Assembly: GCA_028534125.1 (NCBI GenBank)
Contig: CM052818.1
Coordinates: 30,692,001-30,756,000 of the forward strand
DNA: 64,000 bases
From: Lama glama
Lineage: Eukaryota
Reading direction: 5' to 3'
Positions 11,244 through 24,280 of the stretch are shown here, piece by piece (position 1 is the stretch's first letter; each line of letters begins with the position of its first letter). Made by a program: the position numbers and the translations under genes. The notes under the pieces were generated by a model. That model saw only the letters and a list, made by a program, of their open reading frames with translations, ran no database searches and had not been told where the DNA came from.

Positions 11244-12654
11244 GTGAGTGCAGTAAAGACACTCAGGGAGAAGGGCACCAGCAGCACCCTGCCAGGCACA
11301 GAGGAATGTGGGAACTCATCTTGAAAGCAGTCTGGAGAGGAGCAGGAGACTTAGGGGCTCACTGGTGCCTGGGAGGGCGGGGGGATGATATTGGAGAGGT
11401 AGGCAAGGCTCAGATCAGGAAGGCCGGGCCTAGATCAGGAAGGCCTTAGAGTACTGAATAGGGACATTCCACTTGGCCCACAAAGCAAGGAGGAGCTGCT
11501 AAAAGGCCTTTCTTAGATCTGCACTGTGGATATTGGGCTAAACTTCAATGCAGATCTTCAGAAGAACTTGAGTCAGCACTCAAGGGAAGAATGAGGCCTT
11601 AGAGTATGACAGACTTGGCATTGAATCCCTGTGACTGTGCTTAGCAACTGTGACCTTGGCCTGTGTGCTTAAGCTCTCATTTTTTCCCATATGTAATTGG
11701 CTATTTTTTGAGGATCAGCAATAGTGTCCATGAAGGACCCAACAGAGAATAGTCACATATATATTTATTGAATTTTGAGAGCCCAAATGGCAAGAATTAT
11801 CACCTCTATAATAATAATAGTAATAATAATAATGTATTATTATATGGTTATTACTATAGAAGACTCATATCACACTTAATATTTGCTGCAGCCTGGTTTG
11901 AAGCATTTTACATGTATTGGCTAATTTATTCCTCATCGTACTCATGTAGGCAGATCTTATTATTATTCCCATGTTCTAGATGAGGAATCTGGGTGGTACA
12001 GCAAGGGCCCTAATGTGCTGATCCTGGTTGGGTATTAGCTGTGATGTGGGCTTGGTTGGAGCTCTCCAGAGTAAACACCACTCGTGTGATTTGGATACTT
12101 GTACTTGGAGACCAGAGCAGGGCATTATACAAGGACCATCGGGGCAGACCTGTCCTATTCATCTTATATCCCCTGCAGCACTCAGCACAGTGGCCTCCAC
12201 ATGGTAAGCATTTAATCAACATTTGCAGGATAGGATGGGAGGTAGAAAAGGGAAGAATTAGGGTGGAGGAAAAACTGTCAAAAAGAAGACAGTGTTATCC
12301 AATTGGGTGATGGACCTTTTTTGTTTTTTTGAAGATGAAAATTTTCTTCCATTTAAGTTCATGGATCCTTGGATTGTATCAGCAGACCCTTGAGGGCATA
12401 GATCCCTGTTCTAGATGATGGTATCTGTTCTTCCTATGAAGGGATGGGTGGTACTGGGTGGGGAACTGCAAGGAGCAAGATTTATAAGATACACAGACAC
12501 AGCTGAAGATATTTCAGAAATCTCTATTATTCAATCTTCTGGGAAAATTGTTGATGTATAAGGTGGAAGTGCAGTGTAGTCCAGCATTTTGTCAGGTGAC
12601 AGGTCTTCTGCTTCAGTTTCCCTCCCTGGCTCCTCACACTGCTCACTCCTGCAG

Positions 12655-12778
12655 GTCCATAGATATTTCAGAAGCTCAGAAGGTGCCAGGGTTTGTTTGC
12701 TTTCTCTCCGCTGATGATATTCCTGGGAGTAACAAAACTGGACTTTTTAATGATGAAACAGTCTTTGCGAAGGATAAG
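12655..12778 (+). CDS. XDH: XDH exon 18 (124 bp)
   Basis: [41 protein letters not shown]; tgcag / gtatgt. Confidence 0.97.
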
Positions 12779-13596
12779 GTATGTCTTGGATTTTTTTTAA
12801 AATATGAAGTTAGTGGAATGAGTATTTAAGTTTTAATTTGTGTTCATTCCTCCAAATCTCTAATCTTGAAAAAATTATGCATTTGCACATATTGTGGGCA
12901 TTATCCAATTAGCCAGTATTTGGACAATCAGGAAAGGAACAGAATATACCTGATAGCACTTTTACTTTTTACTTAGTGTTTATTTACATATTTAATTGAT
13001 GGCTGCTGCTTGTACATAGTATAATACATAATAGGATGACTCCATGCCAAAGTTGCATTAAAAAATGTCTAGTGATTGTATTTTAACAGTCAGATTCTTA
13101 AGGGTACAATATTAAGCTTCTTTATTAAAAGAAAGTTAAAAAAAAGTAAAAATGCATTAAAGAAGCTAACCGGAATAAAAATTATAATTACAATATCACC
13201 ACTATGTATATTGATAATTCACTTACATGAAAGTTCATCTATATTGATTTCAACCGTATAGGGAGTTCTGCCAAAAAAGAATTCCAAACATTCAAGACAG
13301 CTGCTATAAAAATCCATATACTTAAGGATAGTTGTCAGTCATTTTACAATTCCAATACAGATCACATGGTGCAAATTGGAGGTGGGTAGGTGTTGCTGAA
13401 GTACAAATTCACCTTATTGACATACAAGTGAAGGAGAGAATGAAAAACTGTAACCGTGAGACAGGGACTCCAAAAGGAGAGTATCTGATAGAAGACAAAT
13501 TGCTTTACAAACTTCAAGAGCCTCTAAGACCATTATTAGCATTATGGTTAGTGAGAATCAGACCAGTTCAACAGTCACTGTGCCAATAACTTACCA

Positions 13597-14268
13597 GATT
13601 ATGGAAAACAGAATGGAGATTCCTTAAAAAATTAGAAATAGACTTACTATATGATCCAGCAATCCCACTCCTGGGCATATATCCAAAGGAAACTCTAATT
13701 CAAAGAGATACATGCACTGTAATGTTCATAGCAGCACTATGTATAATAGCCAAGACATGAAAACAACCTAAATGTCCATTGACAGATGAATAGATGAGGA
13801 AGATGTAGTATATACATACAGTGGAATACTACTCAGCCATAAAAATAACATAATACCATTTACAGCAACATGGATGGACCTGGAGAGTCATACCAAGTGA
13901 AGTAAGCCAGAAAGAGAAAGAAAAATACCATATGATATCACTTATATGTGGAATCTAAAAAAAAATGACAAAAATGAACTTATTTACAAAACAGAAACAG
14001 ACTCACAGACATAAAAAACAAATGTATGGTTACCATGGGGAAAGGAGAGGCTGGAGGGATAAAATGGGAGTTTGGGATTTGCAGATACTAATTATTATAT
14101 ATAAAATAGATAAATGCCAAAATCCTACTGTGTAGCACAGGGAACTATATTCAATACCTTGTAATAGCCTATTTTATACATATATATATATATATATAAA
14201 CTGAATCACTATGCTATATATCAGAAATTAATACAAGACTGTAAACCAATTATACTTCAATAAAAAAG
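13597..14268 (+). mobile_element. 5'-truncated L1 (ORF2 end and 3' UTR), cetartiodactyl type
   Basis: tatgatccagcaatcccactcctgggcatatatcca...gtagcacagggaactatattcaata...aataaaaaa. Confidence 0.9.
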
Positions 14269-15116
14269 GTAATTTTCAGAGACAGACATGTTAAGTATTG
14301 GTTCTTATTGGATATCAGAAATCTCATATTCCAAAGTGATGTGTTTTTGGTTTATTTTTGTGGAGATGTTGGAAAAAATTATCCCTGAAAGAAATCAACT
14401 AAGTTTTTATAGGAATGGAATTTACTAAATGAAAAGAAAACAATAATCATTAATTATTTTACAAATCTAACCATGAAAAATTTGGTTTATGGGTCATTAA
14501 GTATGAGCACCAGCATTTAGCAACTACTGCTTTGAAGCATCTAGATGAAATATAAGATATGATTGCTGCCTTAGAGAAGCTTCTAGTATAAATTTGAGAA
14601 ACAGGAGATAAAAGAGAGTGGGGTGATAGAAAGAAAATAAAACTGGGAATCAGGGCCTAAGATTTAGTCATGGCCTAGTAACAAGCCAATTGTGATCTTG
14701 CTGTCCTGGTCTCCATCTCTTCATATGAAGGATGAGGGTGTTGGGGTAGGTCTGAGTTGACAGCTACACCTCATGGTGCCATACCTTCCATTTTGCTCCT
14801 CATGGCAGACATTGCTAATCAATCACCACATTTTATCCTGGGCAGTTTCTCAATAGGGTGCCAGTACTAAATCATCAGAATCGGCCCTTGAGATGAAGCA
14901 AGTTTGTCATCCTGATACTAGTTATCCTATTTCAGTTCTGCTGATTCTAAACACTTATGAAGAAGCACAAAACCTCAAATAGGATAAGAAAATGAAAAGT
15001 CTCCAGGACATTCCAAAAAAATTGTCAGGGACTTTCCTTGCTTTTTTGAGCAGTCCAAAATAACTTGCTTCATGAGGAGTGTGTTATGTTCTTGAGTAGT
15101 CTGGCTCTGCTCCCAG

Positions 15117-15236
15117 GTCACTTGTGTTGGGCATGTCGTTGGCGCTGTGGTTGCTGACACCCCAGAACACACACAGAGAGCTGCCCATGGGGTTAAAGTC
15201 TCCTATGAAGACCTTCCAGCCATTATCACGATTGAG
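15117..15236 (+). CDS. XDH: XDH exon 19 (120 bp)
   Basis: [40 protein letters not shown]; cccag / gtaact. Confidence 0.97.
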
Positions 15237-15708
15237 GTAACTGGGGAATGGGCTGCCTGTGGAGAGGGGTGAGCTACCTGTCCCTGGAGGCACCTTTATT
15301 AGGAGCCTCTAGTGGAGATTCAAGCAACAGGTGGGACTAGGTAGGTTTTAAGTCTCCTCCAGCCCTGTGATTATGTGGTCCCATGGATCCTTCCTCATCA
15401 TGATCCTAGACTCAGTCCACTAATGGCCAAGCCAACTTTTTCCTTCCCAATGACAATTCCAACTGTGAGGGATTCTTTGCTTTTCCTCAAGATCCAGGGT
15501 TGTCCCTTTGTATCAGAGGGAATGGAGAAATAGGACACCCTGGGCTACAACTGAACTTACTTCAAGTCTATATAAGAAACTGATGGAGATGCCTGTGTGA
15601 CTTATGCGAGGAGAGAGAGGTTACAATTCCAAGAGCTTCCTTCCCCAATCAGAAACCACCTTCCACCCCTTGAAAGCCAAGGCACTGAAGCTTCTTTTTA
15701 ATCTTCAG

Positions 15709-15805
15709 GATGCTATAAAAAACAACTCCTTTTATGGATCTGAGTTGAAGATCGAGAAAGGAGACCTCAAGAAGGGGTTTTCGGAAGCGGATAACGTTGT
15801 TTCAG
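15709..15805 (+). CDS. XDH: XDH exon 20 (97 bp)
   Basis: [32 protein letters not shown]; ttcag / gtacag. Confidence 0.97.
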
Positions 15806-16704
15806 GTACAGCTGCAGCAGGTCGCAGTCGGGGTGGCATGGCCCTAGTTTATGAGTTAAATCCAGCAGCTGTACCTTGGCCCTGGAGCAGGGGAGTGATT
15901 TCCTCACAAAGAAGTCTCCCTGAAGTTTGTAACAAAATACTAGACAAGTGGATGAGAAAAGCTTCAGCATCTTAATCTCCACTCTCCTGTCTCTAGACTG
16001 GACACACCTAAGTGAGTCTGGAGAGATCATAGTGTGTTGGATTTGGAAGACCATCTAGGGAAGATAAGGGTCGCAGACGCCTGATCAGCCTTGGGTCTGC
16101 CAGGCCTCCAGCTAGACAGACTCCCAGTCCTCCTCATCTGCCTCGAGGCAGTCCTCACCCACCTTCAGCTAGTGTCCTCTCCTCTCCTCCCCTTCTTCCT
16201 CCCCTACTGTGAGATTAGGTCCAGAGCTCTCACCCCAGGGCAAGGCTGCCAATCAGCCCCCTTTGGGGACTGTTTTCTACGTTCGCTTTTGTGCCTTGCT
16301 AAGTTACTAGTAAGCCACCATTCCAACTGACCTGATAGCCTGAGCTGTGGAAGATGCTATTTATTTTCAGCTTCTCAATTGCATCTGTTAATCTTTTTTT
16401 ACTTTTTCCCAAATTTTATAATGATAGTTTAAAAATCTTTGATTTCCACTGGCTGCAGTGAGAAGGGACCTTCACACCTGATGCATTTCAGTGTCGTTCT
16501 AGTTTCTTTGTTGGGGTCACGGGTTCAGCTCCTAGATGGCTATGACTTTGAGACCCTTTCCTACGCGAGTTGGGCAACTGGAAGTTCACCTGTGAACAGT
16601 TGGCTCCTGCCCAGGGCCCTGGATGAGTACATTCTCTCCTTAAGCAAACTCACTGCCTTTGCAGCATTGGGCTGACTATATGGGAAGTCTTGTTTCTTCC
16701 CCAG

Positions 16705-16829
16705 GTGAGTTGTACATCGGTGGCCAAGAGCACTTCTACCTGGAGACTCACTGCACCGTTGCTGTCCCGAAAGGTGAGGCAGGGGAGATGGAGCTCTTTG
16801 TGTCTACACAGAACGCCATGAAGGCCCAG
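16705..16829 (+). CDS. XDH: XDH exon 21 (125 bp)
   Basis: [42 protein letters not shown] (includes Gln767); cccag / gtaggt. Confidence 0.97.
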
Positions 16830-17317
16830 GTAGGTGTCCTGTGAGTCGGCCCAGGGACCTGGGAAGAGGGAGGTCTAGGCTGGCTCAGGAGGGGATTTGA
16901 GGAGCCAGGCTCGGTGACCAAAAAGCTGGTGTCACCGAGCTTGTTCTGTAACCGTTCTCATCTGTAAAATGGGGCCTGGCAGGGATGCTGTAATGATTAA
17001 GTGAACTTTAATACGTGTACAGAACCTAGAAAAGTTTAGCGTTTATCATTCCAGTGCCATATTGCACGGGTCAAATCATATCCAGCCTCAGTTTCCTCAT
17101 CTGTTAAATGAAGGGGTTGTACTAAGTGATAGCCACAGGGACCACTAAAGTATCTGCAGTAGCTCACATATTCCCCATGTCCCTGTGGCATGTAATATGA
17201 CAGTGGTCGCCAGTGTTTTTGACAGCCGGTCTACCCTCATGACCCACCAGTTCCTGCCAAATGGAATCAGTTTTGGCTCTGAAAGTATGCTATAACCAGC
17301 TGCTCACCCCTTCAGTT

Positions 17318-17374
17318 AAAAACAAGAGTCTGAAAAAAAAAAAAAACAAAAAACCCCAAAAAACAAGAGTCTGA
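17318..17374 (+). mobile_element. Poly(A)-only insertion flanked by a 16-bp TSD
   Basis: aaaaacaagagtctga at 17318-17333 and 17359-17374, preceded by TT. Confidence 0.75.
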
Positions 17375-17584
17375 GTCCAGTGTGGTGGTTGCGGTGACTG
17401 ATAAGCACCGGGCCATAGCACCTACCCAGGGGCTGCCCTGGGGCAGGAAGGGGATTCTCAAAGCAAGGAGTCTCAGAATTCACAGCAGTACTTAGGCTTC
17501 TGCGTGTTGGGCAGGCTCTGAGTCAGGGAAGGAGTAAGTCCAGATGCTGCATTCATTGGGAGTGTTTTGTTCTTTCGCCCACAG

Positions 17585-17718
17585 TCTTCTGTTGCAAACA
17601 TGTTGGGGGTTCCAGTAAACCGGATTTTGGTCCGAGTGAAGAGAATGGGAGGAGGCTTTGGAGGGAAGGAGACCCGGGGTATCGTGATGACTGTGGCAGT
17701 GGCCCTGGCTGCATACAA
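17585..17718 (+). CDS. XDH: XDH exon 22 (134 bp)
   Basis: [44 protein letters not shown] (includes Glu802); cacag / gtgagt. Confidence 0.97.
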
Positions 17719-18129
17719 GTGAGTTCCCCCAGTGGGCTCTGGGAAGAAGAATAAGGATGCCTCTGGCAGGAAGTCTTCCTGGATTTCCCTCTTTGGGAAG
17801 TAAATACTTGTTGCTTTGAATTTTCCCAGCCCTCTGTTTTTAGAACTCTTGGGTATAGGGGTGAGGGCAACATCACCTGGTTCTTGTGTTCAGACACATG
17901 TGTCCATGCCCTATCTCCCCTACTTGGCAGGGAGGGCCCCAATGGCAAGGACACACCTCACCCATCTACTCCCTACCTTGTCCAGAACAGTGTCTAGACA
18001 ACGAAGCAGGCCAGTGCACTCTGCTCAGTGTGCCAGGTGGAAGAAGAGTGCTTCCTTGCTGTTTGCATCCCTGAGACTCACTGGGCTGGGCTGTTGTAGA
18101 GGTTTCTTACCTTCTGGTGCTTCCCTCAG

Positions 18130-18217
18130 GACCGGCCGCCCTGTGCGCTGCATGCTGGACCGGGATGAGGACATGCTGATAACCGGTGGCAGACATCCCT
18201 TCTTGGCCAGATACAAG
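18130..18217 (+). CDS. XDH: XDH exon 23 (88 bp)
   Basis: [29 protein letters not shown]; ctcag / gttcta. Confidence 0.96.
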
Positions 18218-19476
18218 GTTCTAGATGTCGGGGGCTGTTCCGGGCAGGCAGTGCCATCTGCTTAGGAAACTGTGGGTGAAGATTCAGGGATCCTGGGATG
18301 TACTCTGATGTTTTTTATGACTCCCTGTAGACGTTCAAAGAAGAAAGAGCAAGGAGAGAAATTCAAAGCAGCCAACAGCAGCACAGAAGGGTGAAGCTGG
18401 GGGAGGCTGGCGGGCTACCTCCCAGGAGATGTCCCAGGGTGTTGTGCATGACTTTTGTGAATTTGCTATGGTCCAAATCTGGTCTTTGTCCACTCAGGCT
18501 CAGAAACATGATTTATCAGCAGATCTGGGCTAAATTCATCCTGCAGGATGACCTAATGTTGATGTGTTTACAGCCTGATGTAAAAGTCAGAATGACCACT
18601 TAGTAATTTGTGATTTGCAATGAGAAATACAACTTCCCAGGGGCCTGGACAGGTATAAGCTGTTAGGGCATCTGCTCTGCTAGACCATGTATGGCTGGGC
18701 ACTGCCCAGGTTCTCTGTGGGACTGTCCCTTTTCTAGGCTTCTGTGGATGGCCAGCTCCTGTTCTGACCATGCGTCTTTCCCTCTGCACACCAGTATAAC
18801 CTTACAGGTCCTAGTCTAGCTCTATAAACCTGGGAGCCTTCTCTCTCCACAAGCTGGCTCTGAACATCTACTCCTTGGCCTCTTCTGACTTTTGTTTCAC
18901 GATTTAACTCCCAAAAGGGATTGTATTTCTCTTATTCCCAAATTCTTGTGGGCTCCAAGAAAGTAACTTGGTCTTTTGGGGTCCCAGTTTCCTTACTCAT
19001 GAGATGGTCTGTAAGGGTTTATTTAGATGGTTAACATGAGGTTAAGGATATAAAAGGACATTCATGTTTGTGCAGAGTGTAACTTTTATTGTCTGCTGTC
19101 CAAAAGCTGTGAGAGGCATCTCCAGTTTCTCTCCTAGTTTCTCTTTCCAGCCGTCCCCTCCCTGTCCTATCATGACCAATGTTCTCTTTTCTGTCTCCTC
19201 ACGCCCTCTGGAAGAACTGGAAGCCAGGAGTAGGGAGGAAGAAGGAGGATGTAGGGAGAAAGAGTGTCCAGGGGGAGGAGCCCAGGGTACATCACTGGGA
19301 AGATGTGGGTTCCTCTCTTCTTCATCTGTGAAGTCTGGTGATCCTTTAAGTTCTCCTTGTTTTCATGGTGTGATGTCTTGTTCTTTCTCTTTCCTGTGGG
19401 TAGCATAAGTGGGAGGAGATGGTTAGAGGCAGACAAAGGAAGGGGACTGTTGAGAACTCCCTCTCCTTTGACTCAG

Positions 19477-19563
19477 GTTGGCTTCATGAAGACTGGGAAG
19501 ATTGTGGCTCTGGAGGTGGATCACTACAGCAATGCCGGCAACAGCCTGGACCTCTCTCATAGT
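19477..19563 (+). CDS. XDH: XDH exon 24 (87 bp)
   Basis: [29 protein letters not shown]; ctcag / gtacgt. Confidence 0.96.
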
Positions 19564-20014
19564 GTACGTAGGACCTGCCCCTGCATCCCGGAGTGAGTGG
19601 GAGGTTGTGGGTGTGCCCCATAGCCTTTTGCACATGCAGAACAGGCGTCCCCAATTCTTGCCTGTTATTATTGCAGTAGTCTCCTACTTGGTCCTCACCT
19701 TCAGGTCCTCCATGCTTGCTTAATCTCTAAAGCACAGAGATGATCGTATTACTTCTCTGACTAGAATGTCATCCTTCTAGTGCAAGATATTTTGCCAAGC
19801 AAGCAAAATCAGTTACGAAACACTATGTATAGTATGGTGACACTGTGTGCACATAATATTAAATTTTTGTGTGTGTGTAATGATATGCATGAAAAAATTC
19901 TGATAGAACATACACCAAACAGTGATTGGGTGGGATTAAGGAGGTTCACGGTGTCATTGTCCATGTCATGCTTTTCTGTGATGTTTGAATTTTAAGTAAT
20001 GACTTGATTTACCA

Positions 20015-21510
20015 CTTTTTAAAACAGTTTAATTGAAATATAGGTTATATACCCTAAAGTTGAGCCATTTGAAGAATAGTTGACCCTTGAACAACGCAAG
20101 CCTTAGGGATACTATCCGCCCTGCCCTGCAGCTGAAAATCCGCATACAGCTTTTGACTCTCCCGAACTTACCTACCAACAGCTTGCTGCTGACTGGAAGC
20201 CTTACTGATAATATAAACAGTCCATTAACGCATGGTTTGTATATCATATATATTATATACTGTATTTTTAAAATAAAGTAAGTTAGAGGAAAGAAAATGT
20301 TATTAAGAAACCCATAAGGAAAAGAAAATACAGTACTGTACTGTATTTATGGATTCCGTAAGTTTAAGTAGCCTGCTTACAAGATAAACCATCTGTCTAT
20401 AAGTACCTACATCAGTATTGTCTTATATGATACAAAACACTGTAGGTGTTACATGTATCACTAACGCTAGACATCAGCAATGAAAAGATAATGTGAAAGA
20501 GAAATTCATACTTATTTACAGATACAGCAACCCATGCATTGATAATGAGGAAGAAGCAATGTGATTTGCTTTAACAGTAGCCCAATGTGATCGATGTGAT
20601 TGCTTCAGGGTAGCCTAGCCCACACACTAATGAACAAATCATTACAAAAATTGTATGGCCTACAGTGTTACAGTCATATACATAATACAGTATTGGGAAT
20701 ATTGTTACATTAAAAAACCCACTCACTTGCGATGATAGGCTGACACAGTTTCTCCAACTGCAACAGAGAGGCACGTTGTATGGTAATTTAATTCTTCAAA
20801 AGCAAAGGTATAAAACAGTAAGAAAGCTAACATATTAATTTTATATTAAATATTGCTCACATTACAGCTATGTAAGGATAGGCTAGTATCTACATATATC
20901 TTATGCATTCATGCCATACTTAACTTTTTCTTAATTTTTGATATTTCTAGCCGATGAGGATCATCTGTGAGATTTTTCAAATTGTTGTATATCTCCAAAA
21001 ATCTTCCAATATATTTATTGAAAAAATATACTTATAAGTGGATAAACACAGTTAAAACTGTGTGGTTCAAGGGTCAGTTGCACATAATTTAATGATTTTT
21101 GGTGAATTTAAAGAGCCATGCATATCATTATCACAATCCAGTTTTTGGACACTTCCATCACCCCGAAATGATCTCTTATGCCCATTTGTAGTCATCTCTG
21201 TTCCTATCCCTCTGGCCCAGACAACCACTAATCTGCTTCCTGTCTTTATAGATTTTCTTCTTGTGTTCAGTTCGTATAGAATCATATACTCTGCAGTCTT
21301 TTTTTCTCTCAGAATAGTATTTTGGAAGTTCACCCATGTCACACTATGGATGACTCATTCCTTTTTATTGGTGAAGAATATTCATTGTGTGGCTAGACTG
21401 TATTTTGTTTTCTTTTCACTGCTTGATGGCCATTTGGGTTGTTTCTTACTTTTAGCTTTTATGGATAATGCTACTTTGAACCGCCTCATACAAATCTGGT
21501 ATAGATGTAT
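20015..21510 (-). mobile_element. Old L1M 3' end, interrupted by the Tigger2 element
   Basis: tttaattgaaatataggttatataccctaaagttgagccatttgaag continues after 21080 with cataatttaatgatttttggtg...catcaccccgaaa...catttgggttgtttc. Confidence 0.7.
20077..21080. mobile_element. Tigger2-family DNA transposon derivative (~1 kb)
   Basis: Terminal inverted repeats agttgacccttgaac ... gttcaagggtcagtt. Confidence 0.8.
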
Positions 21511-22079
21511 ATTTTTGTCAGTTTTGAAAATTAACAAAGTTACCTTGGTACAACCTTTTAAGATTTTTAAATCTTAACTTTATAACCATATTAGTTACAT
21601 GTACATTGAGTCTTGTTAGATAAAATAAGTCAAACATTTCAGGAAAAGCAGAAGTCCCCCATTTTCCCCACTTTGGATGTGCTGGAGGCTTCTTGAATTG
21701 GCTCATTTAGGAAGCTTCATATGTCAGATCTAGTGTGAAAACTATTCCAGAAAGAAAACATATCTGGCATTCTCACCAATTGCAGTACTTGCTTCTCGGT
21801 GTTGTAGGAAACATCAGCCCAAAAAAGATACAGGACTTGTCCCCAAAGATTTTACAAGTTTTAAAATTCAATCCTGCAAATATTTATGGAGTGCCTAGGG
21901 TGGCAACATAAAGAAGAATATGACATTGTTTCTGCCCTCAAGAAATTCGCAGTATAGTGGGGGAGACAGAAAATAAAAGACAAAATGAAATAGAGATACA
22001 GCTTGACAAAGTGCTAACAGAAAGCAAAAATGGAGTTGAGACATATAAAAATCATCTAGGATGTCTAAGACTGAAAAAA

Positions 22080-23390
22080 TCAAAGACCCAGAGAGCAGCC
22101 TGTGGGAGAGAGACTATAAATCAGGAAATAAACTAAAACCAAAATGAGACAAACAAATAAAAGCTACTATTTAGCTCATCAGAGAGATGAGTTATTACAC
22201 CTCAGAGAAAGAACAGGATGCTATAAAAATGGAACAGTCTGAGAATAAAAATGACGTGTCGTGAATTAAAACTGTGAAAACAGAAGGGTTGAAAGAAATT
22301 TGAAGCATGCTCTTAAAAAGAAAACAATGTGGGAAAATAGGAGAGAAAATGCAAGAAAATTTGAGAACCATTCAAGGAGATCCAAATAATAGAAGTTTCA
22401 AAAAGAAAGAAATGAGAGGAGGAAACTATCAAGAAGGAATTAAAGAAATTTCCCAAAACTAATGGGCATACATTCTGAGATCAACAGAGCCCATCCACTA
22501 ACCAGCACAGGGAGGAAAATAGATGTATGCTAATTTATATTATTGTGAAATGTTAGAAACCTGAGGACAAAGGAGATTTTATAAATTTGAAGGAGGGAAA
22601 AAACAGAACTCATTCTAAGAGTTGGAAAGGTATTGACTGGATTTCTCAATCTAGAATGCACTAAAATGCCTTCAAAACGCTGAGGGCAGTTGGGGAAATT
22701 ATTTCCAACCTAGAATTCTGTATACAGCCAAAGCATTAATTAAAGGTAAGAGTAGAATAAGGACATTTCAGACGTGCAAGTTCTCCAAAATGTGCCTCTC
22801 TATATACTTTGTGTGTGTGAAGATATTGAAGTTTGTACTCCAATAACACGAGGGTATAAAACTAAGAAAGGGGAAGGCATGGGATTTAGGAACAGGAAAT
22901 TCGATATAGAGAGAGACACAGGGAACCCCTGGGGTGGATGTGAGGGGAAAACCCCCGCGTAACAGCTGAACAGAAGCCTAGGGGCAGCCGATTTAAATCA
23001 GGGCAGGCCAGAAGCTCCAGAAACAATTTCTTCAAAAAGATGAGACTGATAGGAAATTGAGTGTTTGAACATATTGAGAACAGATTTCTAGTAATATGTG
23101 CATTGAAAATGAAGCCAATGAAAAAGAAGAAAGATAATGATTAACTCCAGGGGGGAAATATTATCAATAAAGAGAGAAGTAATCCTAGTGTAACTATGTG
23201 ATTGAGCTCTAAGTAATGTTCAGAGAATTATTACACTGACTGTTGATCAGATCAAAGTAGAACTATGTAGGGGGGGATGGGGGATAAGAAGCTGGTGTGT
23301 ATGTAGAAAAAGAGGATTAGATGGAACCAAACCCTCCTTTTCCATGATGGGAAAACAATCTAAAAGTGTAAAGCCAAACAAGTCAAGAAA
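22080..23390 (+). mobile_element. Ancient HAL1/L1 ORF1-region relic
   Basis: A-rich; atgccttcaaaacgctgagg...tttccaacctagaattctgtatacagccaaa resembles the L1 ORF1 C-terminal region. Confidence 0.6.
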
Positions 23391-23398
23391 TGGCAATA

Positions 23399-23587
23399 TG
23401 AGATACAAACTACTGTATGCAGAATAGATAAACAACAAGGTCTTACCATATAGCACAGGGAACTATATTCAATAACTTGTTAATAACCTATCATGAAAAA
23501 GAATTTATATATATATGACTGAATCACTATGCTGCACACCAGAAACTTACACAAATTGTATATCAACTATATCTCAATTAAAAAAAA
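23399..23587 (+). mobile_element. Short L1 3' end with TSD
   Basis: tagcacagggaactatattcaata; A tail; TSD aagaaatggcaata (23385-23398) / aagaaatggtaata (23588-23601). Confidence 0.85.
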
Positions 23588-24280
23588 AAGAAATGGTAAT
23601 AGAAACACATTATTTTGAGATGTGGGTGACCAGGTAAATAGCTAACAAAGAATAAGTAGTTGCTTCTGGGGAGTGGAAGGAAGGAAAGTGAAGGGGACCA
23701 CTGTTTTGCCTAACATGACTTAAGGAATTATTTGAGTCTTGAATCTATTTGTAGTATAATTTTAATGGGAATAAAAGCTAATTGAAAATTGGTTCATAAA
23801 ATCACCAATTTTTTAAAAGAGGCAAATCAGTTCCAACTAGAGGATCTAAGAAGGGCATCCCCGTGTGCAAGCTGACTTGGGATTTTAGCAGGTGGACATG
23901 GTGGGGACAGGCATTACAGGTGAGAGTAACATGAAGTCAGAGAAGAGGATAAGGAGTATATTGGGGAAAGGTCGTAAAGTGCTCTGAGTTCCATGCTTAA
24001 AGATATACTGACTTTACTTTGGAGATAGTAGGTGCCATTTTTAAGCAGGTGCCTGATCTGCTATGATCTTATATTTTGGTATGAGGCATAGATGAGGGGG
24101 GAGGCACAGAAGGCTGGGAGTGCACTAAGGATGCTGCAGTATCCCAGGAAATAAATAATGTGGGCTGGAGGAAGAGCAGTTGACAGTGGGGCTGGCCAAG
24201 CAAGGAGGAGCTTGGCCTTTTTTGAGAAGCCAATGAAATCCATGCTCTGTTCTCTGCCATTTTTGTTTCTTCCATTTCAG

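Noticed and set aside
11412..11445. Direct repeat agatcaggaaggcc x2
   Set aside because: An ordinary small tandem duplication. Two units only; not an array or CRISPR.
11569..11578. TGAGTCAGCA, an NF-E2/ARE-like motif in intron 17
   Set aside because: A single short motif with no clustering or conservation evidence available.
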